Below, piece after piece: positions 46,471 to 54,992 of a DNA stretch of 64,000 nucleotides. Origin of the DNA: an uncultured Chlamydiae bacterium (GTDB taxonomy: Bacteria > Chlamydiota > Chlamydiia > Chlamydiales > SM23-39); NCBI GenBank assembly GCA_963828125.1, contig CAWHDP010000002.1, positions 384,001 to 448,000 on the forward strand, in the 5' to 3' direction. Each line of letters opens with the position of its first letter. Positions within the stretch are counted from its first letter, which is position 1. A model generated the notes under the pieces. The model saw only the letters and a list, made by a program, of their open reading frames with translations. It ran no database searches and was not told the DNA's origin. Position numbers and translations under genes: made by a program.

Positions 46471-47120
46471 AAAAACATCTTCTCACAGGTCTTGTCATCC
46501 TCTTGCCTGTCGCCCTCACTCTGATGATCATATTTTTTCTCTTCGATTTCTTCACCGAACCCTTCGTCTCAATCGTAGGGCCCCTGGTCGAATGGATCCA
46601 GCACAAAGCCCACATCGTCCTCCCCCACGGCCTAACCCTCTTCCTCTCCCGCCTATTATCCCTCCTTTTCCTCTCCGCCTTTATTTTTTTCCTCGGCCTC
46701 TTCACACAACTCTTTTTAGTCAAAATTTTGATCAATTGGGGCAATCTCATCCTCTTCCGTATCCCGTTCATTAATACTGTATACAAAGTGAGCCGAGACA
46801 TTTTCGCCGCCCTCTTCTCTTCAGAGGGGAAAAAAGCGTTTAAGCGCCCAGTGATGATCCCGTTCCCTTCAAAACCGAACCACTGCCTCGGCTTCGAAGC
46901 CGGAGAGGTCGCCAGAGAGTGCAAAGAAAAAATCAAAACGCCCCTCGTCTCCGTCTTCGTCCCCACAGCCCCGCACCCCATCTCCGGTTTTTTGTTTCTC
47001 GTCCCAAAAGACCAGGTATACGACATCGATATGACCAATGAAGAGGTAGTCAAATTCCTCGTCTCCTGCGGCATGATCCTTCCCGAATCTGAACACCATG
47101 AGTCCGATGAACCCTTCTAA
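46467..47120 (+). CDS. DUF502 family membrane protein (copy 2)
   Basis: LLTGLVILLP, IPFINTVY, FVPTAPHPISGFL; ATGA overlap with copy 1. Confidence 0.85.
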   Translation: MKKHLLTGLVILLPVALTLMIIFFLFDFFTEPFVSIVGPLVEWIQHKAHIVLPHGLTLFLSRLLSLLFLSAFIFFLGLFTQLFLVKILINWGNLILFRIPFINTVYKVSRDIFAALFSSEGKKAFKRPVMIPFPSKPNHCLGFEAGEVARECKEKIKTPLVSVFVPTAPHPISGFLFLVPKDQVYDIDMTNEEVVKFLVSCGMILPESEHHESDEPF

Positions 47121-47538
47121 CCCAACGCCCACTCGCGTCATCTTCTTTCAAGTGAGCGACAACGGAACAAAACTTAAAAAAATTGTTGAAACGGCCCATC
47201 ACCACTTTGAGAAAAAGGAGCCAATCTTGATTTTGGTAGATGACGAGAAGTCACAAAAATTTGTCGACGAACTCCTCTGGAAACTCCCCGCGACAAGCTT
47301 TCTCCCTCATAGCGCCTCAGACGAACCTACCTCCGAATTCGTGGCGGTTGCCAAAGTCAAAAAAAATGTGAATGGCGCCCGGATCGCCTTCAACCTTTGC
47401 GCCAGCTCACTGCTCATGGAGGGCCCATTCCGGATCATCTATGAGTTTGAAGATTTAACGACCCCCAATAAAAAAAATCTTTCCTCTCAAAGATTCGACT
47501 CTTATAAACAAACAGGCTTTTTAATCGAGGCCCGGTAA
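47098..47538 (+). CDS. holC: DNA polymerase III chi subunit-like protein
   Basis: DELLWKLPATSFLPH; R...YK..G at the C-terminus. Confidence 0.7.
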   Translation: MSPMNPSNPTPTRVIFFQVSDNGTKLKKIVETAHHHFEKKEPILILVDDEKSQKFVDELLWKLPATSFLPHSASDEPTSEFVAVAKVKKNVNGARIAFNLCASSLLMEGPFRIIYEFEDLTTPNKKNLSSQRFDSYKQTGFLIEAR

Positions 47539-47544
47539 CCCCCC

Positions 47545-47574
47545 TTGCCTGATAAGTCCCTTTTGAGCTATAAT
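47545..47574 (+). promoter_or_regulatory. sigma66-type promoter for the small-protein/ybeY operon
   Basis: TTGCCT, 18-nt spacer, TATAAT. Confidence 0.5.
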
Positions 47575-47605
47575 CCACCGCTTTGTAAGCTATTGGAGTA
47601 GATCT

Positions 47606-47779
47606 ATGACACGGATGAGCAAACAGGGAAAGGTACGGCACACTTCTCCCCGCAAACCACGCCTCGGAGGCCCGAAGACAGGCCCTAAAAAAGACGCCCT
47701 TGAATTCGGCTATAAGCCCCACCCGAATGCGGTTGTCGTCGATTCTACACCCAACCGATTCATACCTAAAATTGGATAG
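47606..47779 (+). CDS. Small basic chlamydial protein (CT421.1-like, 57 aa; absent from the ORF track)
   Basis: Manual translation MTRMSKQGKVRHTSPRKPRL...YKPHPNAVVVDSTPNRFIPKIG; GGAG RBS. Confidence 0.8.
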   Translation: MTRMSKQGKVRHTSPRKPRLGGPKTGPKKDALEFGYKPHPNAVVVDSTPNRFIPKIG

Positions 47780-47784
47780 ATACA

Positions 47785-47943
47785 ATGACCAGACACGGCA
47801 GTTACGGAAAAAGCAGCAAAGGCGCTAAAAAGCGCAATGTCCTCAAACGATTTGAAAGAATCGACGTCCTTCGCAAATTGGGCAGATGGGTCGACGGCCA
47901 AAATAAACAGGTGACTGGCCTCCCTAAAACCCCCTCTGTGTAG
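47785..47943 (+). CDS. PVC-superphylum small basic signature protein (CT421.2-like, 52 aa; absent from the ORF track)
   Basis: Manual translation MTRHGSYGKSSKGAKKRNVLKRFERIDVLRKLGRWVDGQNKQVTGLPKTPSV; its stop overlaps the ybeY GTG. Confidence 0.9.
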   Translation: MTRHGSYGKSSKGAKKRNVLKRFERIDVLRKLGRWVDGQNKQVTGLPKTPSV

Positions 47944-48371
47944 TGACAGTCGCCATCTACAATCGGCAAAAAGACCTCAAAATAAACAAGAGCTCGGCAA
48001 GGGTTCTTGTTTTGTCTGTTTTGTCCTTTTTGAAAATTCCCTTTGACGAAGTGACGCTCTATTTCGTTGGAGAGGAGCGGATCTCCGCAATGCACGCCGA
48101 ATTCTTCCAAGACCCCACTCCAACCGACTGCATCTCTTTTCCGATCGACGAGAGCCACCTAGGCGAAATTTTCGTCTGCCCCGCGGCAGCCGTTCGATAT
48201 GCAGCCAAAAAAAAAGGCGACCCCTATAGCGAAACAGCCCTCTATATGATTCACGGTCTCCTTCACCTCATCGGCTATGGCGATTTGGAGCCCGAAGAGA
48301 AAAGAGAGATGCGGAAAAAAGAAAAAAGTTGTATGCGTCATCTTGACAGACTAAAGATAACCCTGAAATGA
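47943..48371 (+). CDS. ybeY: rRNA maturation endoribonuclease YbeY
   Basis: PTDCISF, LGEIFVC, HGLLHLIGY (the third His position reads Gly-Asp). Confidence 0.88.
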   Translation: MTVAIYNRQKDLKINKSSARVLVLSVLSFLKIPFDEVTLYFVGEERISAMHAEFFQDPTPTDCISFPIDESHLGEIFVCPAAAVRYAAKKKGDPYSETALYMIHGLLHLIGYGDLEPEEKREMRKKEKSCMRHLDRLKITLK

Positions 48372-49708
48372 TTTCGCTATTTGTAGAAAGCCCGATCGCC
48401 CCCCTTTTACTTCTATTAGGTTCTCTCTTTTTGACCACTTGCAATAGCGCCCTCCTCCACCTCGGCAAATTCAAATCGAAAGAGCTCCTCCGCGCCGAAG
48501 GGGGCCCCCTCCTTTTTTTCCGGCCGATCCTAAAAAAATTCTTCCACCAGCACGATTGGGAAAATCTCTATTTTTGCATTTCGATCACCAAACATATCTA
48601 CGAACTTGCCTATGCGATCCTCGCCTTCTTCTACCTGATTTATGCCCTCCCCACGCTGCACCATCTCGTCGATCAATCTCCGTCGCAAGGCGACTGGCCC
48701 CCCCTATTTCTCGTCGGCGGCTCTATCATCGCCCTGTCAGTGCTTCTCGACTTCGTTATGCGCCTCCTCAGCAACCTGTGGAGCCGCCCCCTCCTCAAAA
48801 TCGCCGCCCCCTTCGCCTCCGTCTACCTCCTCATCCTCTTCCCCCTCGTCGGCCTCCTCCTCAAACTCACCCGCACCCTGATCCGCAAGATCCACATTGA
48901 AGATGAAGGCGAAGTCGTTACCGACCGCTCTAAAATCCGCGAGATCATCCGCGAATCGGAACTCCAACAACACCTCGATCCGAGCGATCAGAAATTGATT
49001 AGCTCTTTCGTCAACTTTAAAGAACGGGTTGCCAAGGAAGTGATGGTCCCTCGAGTAGATGTATTCAGTCTAACTGGCGAGACTCCGATCAACGAAGCTG
49101 CCGTCCTCTTCGCTGCCGAAGGCTATAGCCGCATTCCGATTTACAAAGAGAGCCTCGATGAGATCAGCGGCGTCGTCCTCTACAAAGACCTCCTCCGCTG
49201 CTTTGTCAAACAGAACCAAAACCTCAGAGCCCCCATTCAAACCATTGCAAAGCCGGTCCTCTACGCCCCCGAGAACAAGAAAATCGCCTTGATGCTCCAA
49301 GAATTTCGGAATAAACAGATCCACATGGCCATCATCGTCGATGAATACGGCGGCACCGAAGGGATCGTAACCATCGAAGACATTCTAGAAGAACTCGTCG
49401 GCGAGATTGAAGATGAATACGATATCGGCGAAGACAAAGATTTTTGGGAACTCCCCGGGGGCAGCTGGGTGGTCGATGCGAAAATGACCCTCATCGACAT
49501 AGAGAACCAAATCGGCATCCGGATCCCCGAAAATCCCGACTACGAAACGATCGGGGGATACGTCTTCCATTGCGCAGGAACAATCCCCTCGAAAGGCTGG
49601 CGATTGTCCCACGACGAATTCGATCTAGAGGTACTTAGCTCAGATGAGCGGTCGCTCAAAAAAATCAAACTGATTCCTCGCCCCGCGTCTCCGCCAACCG
49701 AAGAGTAA
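48368..49708 (+). CDS. CNNM/HlyC-CorC family CBS-domain transporter (TlyC-like)
   Basis: TM domain, VMVPR, GYSRIPIY, VDEYGGTEGIVTIEDILEELVGEI, CorC domain. Confidence 0.9.
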   Translation: MISLFVESPIAPLLLLLGSLFLTTCNSALLHLGKFKSKELLRAEGGPLLFFRPILKKFFHQHDWENLYFCISITKHIYELAYAILAFFYLIYALPTLHHLVDQSPSQGDWPPLFLVGGSIIALSVLLDFVMRLLSNLWSRPLLKIAAPFASVYLLILFPLVGLLLKLTRTLIRKIHIEDEGEVVTDRSKIREIIRESELQQHLDPSDQKLISSFVNFKERVAKEVMVPRVDVFSLTGETPINEAAVLFAAEGYSRIPIYKESLDEISGVVLYKDLLRCFVKQNQNLRAPIQTIAKPVLYAPENKKIALMLQEFRNKQIHMAIIVDEYGGTEGIVTIEDILEELVGEIEDEYDIGEDKDFWELPGGSWVVDAKMTLIDIENQIGIRIPENPDYETIGGYVFHCAGTIPSKGWRLSHDEFDLEVLSSDERSLKKIKLIPRPASPPTEE

Positions 49709-49715
49709 AATGCAC

Positions 49716-49744
49716 TTGCAAAAGATTCACAGGACGGGTAGAAT
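49716..49744 (+). promoter_or_regulatory. sigma66-type promoter
   Basis: TTGCAA, 17-nt spacer, TAGAAT, upstream of a GGGAG RBS. Confidence 0.6.
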
Positions 49745-49770
49745 GAGATCCTTATTTTGGGGAGTTTTCA

Positions 49771-51663
49771 ATGCGCCGTTCGATTTGTTTTTGCGAGCCT
49801 GGTAATGCCTTAGCCGGAGGCCTATTCACTTGGAAATTTATCTATACGACAGCGGGACATTTACCGAAAGGAGCCAAGCTCCGTTTTGATCTGGACAGCA
49901 AGGGTAGACCGATCGACTGGCAGATTCCCGAGACCCATCCCAAAGAAGGAGCCAATACCATTTGGGCAGAGCTTTCTGGAGGCAAAACGGTCGCCGCCTC
50001 GCGCGTTGGCAACCCTCAGAATGCAACCGCCTCATTTGAGTTCACCCTCCCTCTCGAATTGAAGCCCGGGGATACCTTCACAATTGTTATGAAAGACAAT
50101 GAAGCCCAAAAAAGCATCCAGAGACGGAGGCCTTTTCATCTCTTTATCGATCCGAAAGGAAAAGGGGATTACAAAGAGAGCGAGACCTTTTTTCTCGACG
50201 TCCGGGGAAACAATCTCACGACCTTAAGAATTATCGCCCCCTCCCTCGTCTGCCGCAATAAGCGGTTCGACGTGATTGTCCGTTTTGAGGATAGATTTGG
50301 AAATTTGACTTCGAATGCGCCCGAAGGAACTCTGATCGATTTGAGCCACCAACACCTTAGAGAAAATTTGAGCTGGAAGTTATTTGTCCCCGAGACCGGT
50401 TTTATCGCCCTCCCCAATCTCTATTTTAATGAGCCAGGCATCTACAAAATCCAACTCAAAAATCTACAGACAAAAGAACCCTTTTTCTCCCCTCCCATCA
50501 AGTGCCTCCCCGAAGGGGCGCTCAGCCTTTATTGGGGGATGTTGCATGGGGAGTCCGAAAGGATCGATTCCTCCGACAACATCGAATCGTTTTTAAGGCA
50601 TATGCGCGATGACAAGGCTTTGCAATTCTTCGCCTCCTCCCCCTTCGATAGCGAAGAGGAGACCTCTAATGACGCATGGAAAGGGATGACTCAGCAAGTG
50701 GCCGAATTCAATGAGGACGACCGTTTTGTCGCGATGCTCGGATTTCAGTGGTTTGGCGAGCCGAAGGAAGAGGGGATCAGGCAATTCGTCTATTCAAAAG
50801 ATATGAAGCCGATCATGCGCCGCAAAGACACCAAAAATAACTCATTAAAAAAGATCTACAAAACAAACAATCCGAAAGAGATGATCGCCATCCCCTCTTT
50901 TTCAATGGGGAAATCGACCTGTTACAATTTTGAGGATTACAACGCCGAATTTGAGCGGGTGGTCGAAATCTATAATGCCTGGGGCTCATCTGAATGTACA
51001 GCCAAAGAGGGGAACCTCCGTCCCATCCAAAGTGGGAATAAAAATGGAATTGCCGAGGCTGGAGAGGGTTCTGTCCAACAAGCTCTGAATGTCGGCTGTC
51101 GGTTTGGGTTTGTCGCTGGAGGATACGACGATCGGGGGCCCTATAGCGACCTCTTCAATGCAGCCCAAACACAGTACACCCCTGGTCTCACAGCCATTCT
51201 ATCGAAAGAGCACTCGAGGAGTTCGCTCTTCGAAGCGCTCCAAGCCCGCTCCTGCTACGCCACGACTGGAGAACGGATGATTCTGGGACTCCACATTGCC
51301 GGTTTTGGCATGGGCTCCGAACTCGACACCAAGTCGCGACCTGGCCTCGAGTACAATCGGCACATCACTGGCTATTGCATCGGCACTCGGCCGGTTAGCG
51401 AGGCGTTATTGATCCGGAACGGCCAGACGTTCCGCTCCATCCCTGTCAAGGAGGGTATTGTCGAATTCGAAATCGACGATACCGATCTCTTAGGAGAGAT
51501 TACGCTTGACGCCAAAGAAGATCGCCCTCCGTTTGTCTATTATTACTTACGCGTCGTACAAGAAGATGGACACATTGCATGGAGTTCGCCCATTTGGATC
51601 GATCTCTCTTCGCGGACGGCTCCCGTCTCAAGCGGAAAAAAAGTGAAGAAAAAGATCATTTGA
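49771..51663 (+). CDS. Conserved chlamydial DUF3604/PHP-like protein (CT425-like)
   Basis: MRRSIC start, WGMLHGES, VEIYNAWGSSE, YATTG, YYYLRV, AWSSPIW. Confidence 0.75.
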   Translation: MRRSICFCEPGNALAGGLFTWKFIYTTAGHLPKGAKLRFDLDSKGRPIDWQIPETHPKEGANTIWAELSGGKTVAASRVGNPQNATASFEFTLPLELKPGDTFTIVMKDNEAQKSIQRRRPFHLFIDPKGKGDYKESETFFLDVRGNNLTTLRIIAPSLVCRNKRFDVIVRFEDRFGNLTSNAPEGTLIDLSHQHLRENLSWKLFVPETGFIALPNLYFNEPGIYKIQLKNLQTKEPFFSPPIKCLPEGALSLYWGMLHGESERIDSSDNIESFLRHMRDDKALQFFASSPFDSEEETSNDAWKGMTQQVAEFNEDDRFVAMLGFQWFGEPKEEGIRQFVYSKDMKPIMRRKDTKNNSLKKIYKTNNPKEMIAIPSFSMGKSTCYNFEDYNAEFERVVEIYNAWGSSECTAKEGNLRPIQSGNKNGIAEAGEGSVQQALNVGCRFGFVAGGYDDRGPYSDLFNAAQTQYTPGLTAILSKEHSRSSLFEALQARSCYATTGERMILGLHIAGFGMGSELDTKSRPGLEYNRHITGYCIGTRPVSEALLIRNGQTFRSIPVKEGIVEFEIDDTDLLGEITLDAKEDRPPFVYYYLRVVQEDGHIAWSSPIWIDLSSRTAPVSSGKKVKKKII

Positions 51664-52159
51664 GGGGGGAAGTAGGGAGAAATGGACGTAGAGCTTGGGG
51701 GTTCTCTTGAACCGTCTGTCTTCCAATCGTCTCTAAATCTCTACGATCGAACCATCCTCTATGTTCTTTTCCAATCCTAGCATAGACTATTTTTTGGGTC
51801 TGTTCAGGCAACCGGCCAAATTCGTTCATCACAGCCACATCTGCCTGGATATCAGACGGCAGCTGAAAGCCAGGCGGTTCAGACTGCGGCTGCTGCGGCG
51901 GAGGCGGAGATTTTACGAACCAAGAATAAATCCAAGAAAAAAAGCCGGTCACTATATTGATCATTCCCCCCACAAAGGAGGCTACAAACCCCTTTTCTGC
52001 CCACGCTTTAAAAGTCTCTGACCACGTCTTTGGTTCAGCAGCCTGGACGCTCGTCGGCGCAGCGCCCATCCCGCCGGGGAGTGGAGGTTTTGGGACGGCG
52101 GAAGGCGGCGGGTCAGAGGACAATACAGGGGGCTGATGATTAGAAATTTGGGCAGTCAT
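51656..52159 (-). CDS. Pro-rich single-TM hypothetical protein (secreted/Inc-like candidate)
   Basis: AGGAG RBS before the ATG at 52159; Pro-rich N-terminus; one hydrophobic helix. Confidence 0.55.
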   Translation of the reverse strand: MTAQISNHQPPVLSSDPPPSAVPKPPLPGGMGAAPTSVQAAEPKTWSETFKAWAEKGFVASFVGGMINIVTGFFSWIYSWFVKSPPPPQQPQSEPPGFQLPSDIQADVAVMNEFGRLPEQTQKIVYARIGKEHRGWFDRRDLETIGRQTVQENPQALRPFLPTSPLK

Positions 52160-52256
52160 AGACATCTCCTGGGCCAGGATGGTACCATAGGCGGGGATAT
52201 GATTGCCAAAAGAATCGAAGGATGCTATGACCACTCATAAAGGCAGGGATCGATCT

Positions 52257-53927
52257 ATGAGACTGTTTCAACCTATTTTTTTACTCGCCGCAAGTGTTCT
52301 TAGCGCCGGCGAATTCGATGAAATCAAGCTTCATTCCCTGTATCTTATGCAGCAAAACCAGGTCGAAGAGTCGATCCAAAAATACCGAGAATTCGCCGAT
52401 TTATCCGGCCGCCACGATTTTGAGACGCTCCAACAGATGGGACTCATCCTATTACAAAAAGGGATCCAGAGCGAAGATAGCCAGACATTTATGATGACCC
52501 TCTTTGGAGCCGGTCTTTCCGGATCGGCCAACGCCATCGAGATCCTCGAAAAAGGGATCAGCCACCCCGATCCGCAAGTGCAACTTTTATCGCTCCATTT
52601 CATCGCAAAATTCGACGATGACCGAACCTCTGAAATCTTTAACCGGGCCATGGGCTCCGATTTTCTCGCCATCCGGATGGAGGCAGCCTTTTATATGGCG
52701 CAAACCAAACACCCCCATGCGGTGGGCCAAATCGAAGGGCTCATGGTCCGGCTCCCCCCCGCCTTTAAGCCGTTCTTCCCCTCCCTATTTGCCCTCTTGG
52801 GAACAAGCGATGCGACCCACGCCCTTCGCCGGTTGATCGAAGACACCGATCCACAAACCCGCATCGAATCGATCCTTCATGTGGCCAGGTTAGGCAGAGA
52901 CGACTTTCTCCCGATGCTCCGGAAACGGCTGACCCATAGCCATGTAGCGGAAGTGGAAGCAGCCATTTTTGCCATGGGAGCGCTAAAAGATAGTTACTCA
53001 GTCCCCAGGCTGAAAAAATTGACCCAATCGCCCACAGACGCCATTCGGTTAGCTGCCAGCTTAGCCCTCTTTCAGCTAGGCGATCGATCCCACGTCCCGA
53101 TCATCCAAGATTTGGCCCTACAATCGAATTTATTCGCGATCTCAGCCCTCGGCGCCATCTCAGAAACAGAGGAGACTCTCGCATCCCTTCTCGGATCTGA
53201 AGATCTCCAAGTCCGGATGAATGGGGCCATTGCGCTTTTGCAAAGGCGCGATCCCCGCTGCCTCCCCGTCCTATCGGAAATTTTAATCGACGACGCGCGC
53301 GATCTCGCCTTCCATCCATTTCATTCGGTCGGTAGGACCCTCTCCGCCATGAAAGCAGTCCCCTCTGCCGAGCTCCGCTCAAAAGACCCGACGCTCGATC
53401 TCAGCTATTCGCTCGCCATGCGCGAACATTTCTTGCGAGAGGCGATCCATCTGCCCGAAGAAGATTTTATCAAATTGGCACGGCAGATTTTCACCCGTTC
53501 ACAGAGCGATCTCGTCCCAACGACCATTGGACTTCTTGAAAATCTCCAAACCGAAAAAGCGATCGGACTGCTGAAAGAGGGGACAGAAAAAATTGCCTCG
53601 CCGCTCATCCGCGATTACTGCCATCTCGCTCTCTACCGGCTGAAGCAAGAAGGGCCCTATGAAGAATACATCAATCACTGGGTCATGAATCAGAGGGAAG
53701 CCGAACTCATCCAACTGAAACAGCTACTCCCCTGGAAATACCGGCTAGAACAATCCGATTATTCGCTAACCCCCGAAGAGACTTCCCGTCTGCTCATCGA
53801 GGCATTCGTCTCCATCGCAAGCCAAAGAGACGAAAAAAGCATCGCATTTCTCCTCGAGGCCATTCAGCGCGGCAATCCCAAAAACCGCTACGCCCTCATG
53901 GGACTCCTCATGAAGGCAACCGAATAG
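52257..53927 (+). CDS. Exported HEAT-repeat protein (conserved chlamydial)
   Basis: Signal peptide; repeats DPQVQ / IRMEAA / DPQTR / IRLAA / VRMNGA. Confidence 0.75.
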   Translation: MRLFQPIFLLAASVLSAGEFDEIKLHSLYLMQQNQVEESIQKYREFADLSGRHDFETLQQMGLILLQKGIQSEDSQTFMMTLFGAGLSGSANAIEILEKGISHPDPQVQLLSLHFIAKFDDDRTSEIFNRAMGSDFLAIRMEAAFYMAQTKHPHAVGQIEGLMVRLPPAFKPFFPSLFALLGTSDATHALRRLIEDTDPQTRIESILHVARLGRDDFLPMLRKRLTHSHVAEVEAAIFAMGALKDSYSVPRLKKLTQSPTDAIRLAASLALFQLGDRSHVPIIQDLALQSNLFAISALGAISETEETLASLLGSEDLQVRMNGAIALLQRRDPRCLPVLSEILIDDARDLAFHPFHSVGRTLSAMKAVPSAELRSKDPTLDLSYSLAMREHFLREAIHLPEEDFIKLARQIFTRSQSDLVPTTIGLLENLQTEKAIGLLKEGTEKIASPLIRDYCHLALYRLKQEGPYEEYINHWVMNQREAELIQLKQLLPWKYRLEQSDYSLTPEETSRLLIEAFVSIASQRDEKSIAFLLEAIQRGNPKNRYALMGLLMKATE

Positions 53928-53959
53928 CCCGCATTTCTCACACATCCGCCCAGTCCAAT
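53925..53959. repeat. Repeat A arm plus the end of repeat D
   Basis: TAGCCCGCATTTCTCACACATCCGC supplies the HEAT gene stop, followed by CCAGTCCAAT. Confidence 0.75.
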
Positions 53960-54006
53960 TAAATATTTTTCTTGAATTGGTTCCGTGAAGATCGTAACAT
54001 ATCGAG

Positions 54007-54945
54007 ATGTTCAGTAAATATTTGGATCCCAAGAACGATTTGGCTTTTAAGAAAATTTTTGGGGAGGAGAAACACAAAAATATTCCCATCAGTTTTCTCA
54101 ATGCCGCACTCCATTTGGAGAAAGAAGACCAAATTCTCGATCTGGAATTCATCAACACAGTCCAGCCGCCCGCTATTCAGTGCCAAAAAGAGAGCATCGT
54201 CGACGTCTTAGTCAAAGACCAAAAAGGGAATCGCTACATTGTTGAAATGCAAGTGTCAAAAACTCCAGGTTTTGAAAAACGGGCCCAGTACTATGCTGCC
54301 AAAACATATAGTTCATCCCTGAATGAAGGAGCCCCATACCGCCATCTAAAAGAAATTGTCTTTTTGGCAATCACCTCTTATATCGTGTTTCCAAACAAAC
54401 CCGATTATAAATCTGAACATGTGATCTTAGACAAAAAAACATATGAACAGGATTTGAAAGACTTCTCCTTTACATTTGTGGAGTTGCCCAAATTTACCAA
54501 AAAAGAAGAAGAACTAAAGACGATTGAAGATCAGTGGTACTATTTTTTCAAACATGCGAAAGAGAGCAACCAGATCATTCCCGCCCTTGCATCTACAGCC
54601 GAAATTTGCGACGCCTATGACATTGTAGAGCGTTTCAGCTGGACAGAGCAAGAACTCAGATCCTACGACAACAACATGATGGCCCTGATGGACGCCCGAT
54701 CCCGTTTCGAAGGCGCCCGCGAGGAAGGTCTTGAAGAGGGTCTCAAGAAAGGACTCGAAGAGGGTCTCAAGAAAGGTCTTGAGGAAGGGCTCAAGAAAGG
54801 TCTTGAAGAAGGGCTCCAGAAAGGGCGCGAGGAAGAGCGTAAAAAACTCATTCAAAGTCTGCTTGCCCAAAATTTCCCCCTTGCGACCATTTCTGAAATG
54901 ACCGGTTGCACTGAAAAAGAACTCGCCCCCACACAATATCGGTGA
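54007..54945 (+). CDS. Rpn family recombination-promoting nuclease / PD-(D/E)XK putative transposase
   Basis: LDPKNDLAFKKIFG, VDVLV, IVEMQV, RAQYYAAK, FVELPKF, W.YFF, EEGL repeats. Confidence 0.92.
   Translation: MFSKYLDPKNDLAFKKIFGEEKHKNIPISFLNAALHLEKEDQILDLEFINTVQPPAIQCQKESIVDVLVKDQKGNRYIVEMQVSKTPGFEKRAQYYAAKTYSSSLNEGAPYRHLKEIVFLAITSYIVFPNKPDYKSEHVILDKKTYEQDLKDFSFTFVELPKFTKKEEELKTIEDQWYYFFKHAKESNQIIPALASTAEICDAYDIVERFSWTEQELRSYDNNMMALMDARSRFEGAREEGLEEGLKKGLEEGLKKGLEEGLKKGLEEGLQKGREEERKKLIQSLLAQNFPLATISEMTGCTEKELAPTQYR
54721..54837 (+). repeat. Coding tandem repeat (12/24-bp period, EEGL/KKGL) in the Rpn C-terminus
   Basis: GAAGAGGGTCTCAAGAAAGG-type units repeated about 4-5 times. Confidence 0.85.
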
Positions 54946-54992
54946 GAATCGCTGTTCTGTAAATACTTGCAGATCGTATCATCTCCCTGAAT

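Noticed and set aside
47540..47942. Possible structured ncRNA in an apparent 400-bp gap
   Set aside because: The gap is explained by two small protein genes below the ORF-track cutoff
54721..54837. Short periodic repeats as a CRISPR array
   Set aside because: They are in-frame coding repeats of the Rpn tail, with no unique spacers and no cas genes in the window
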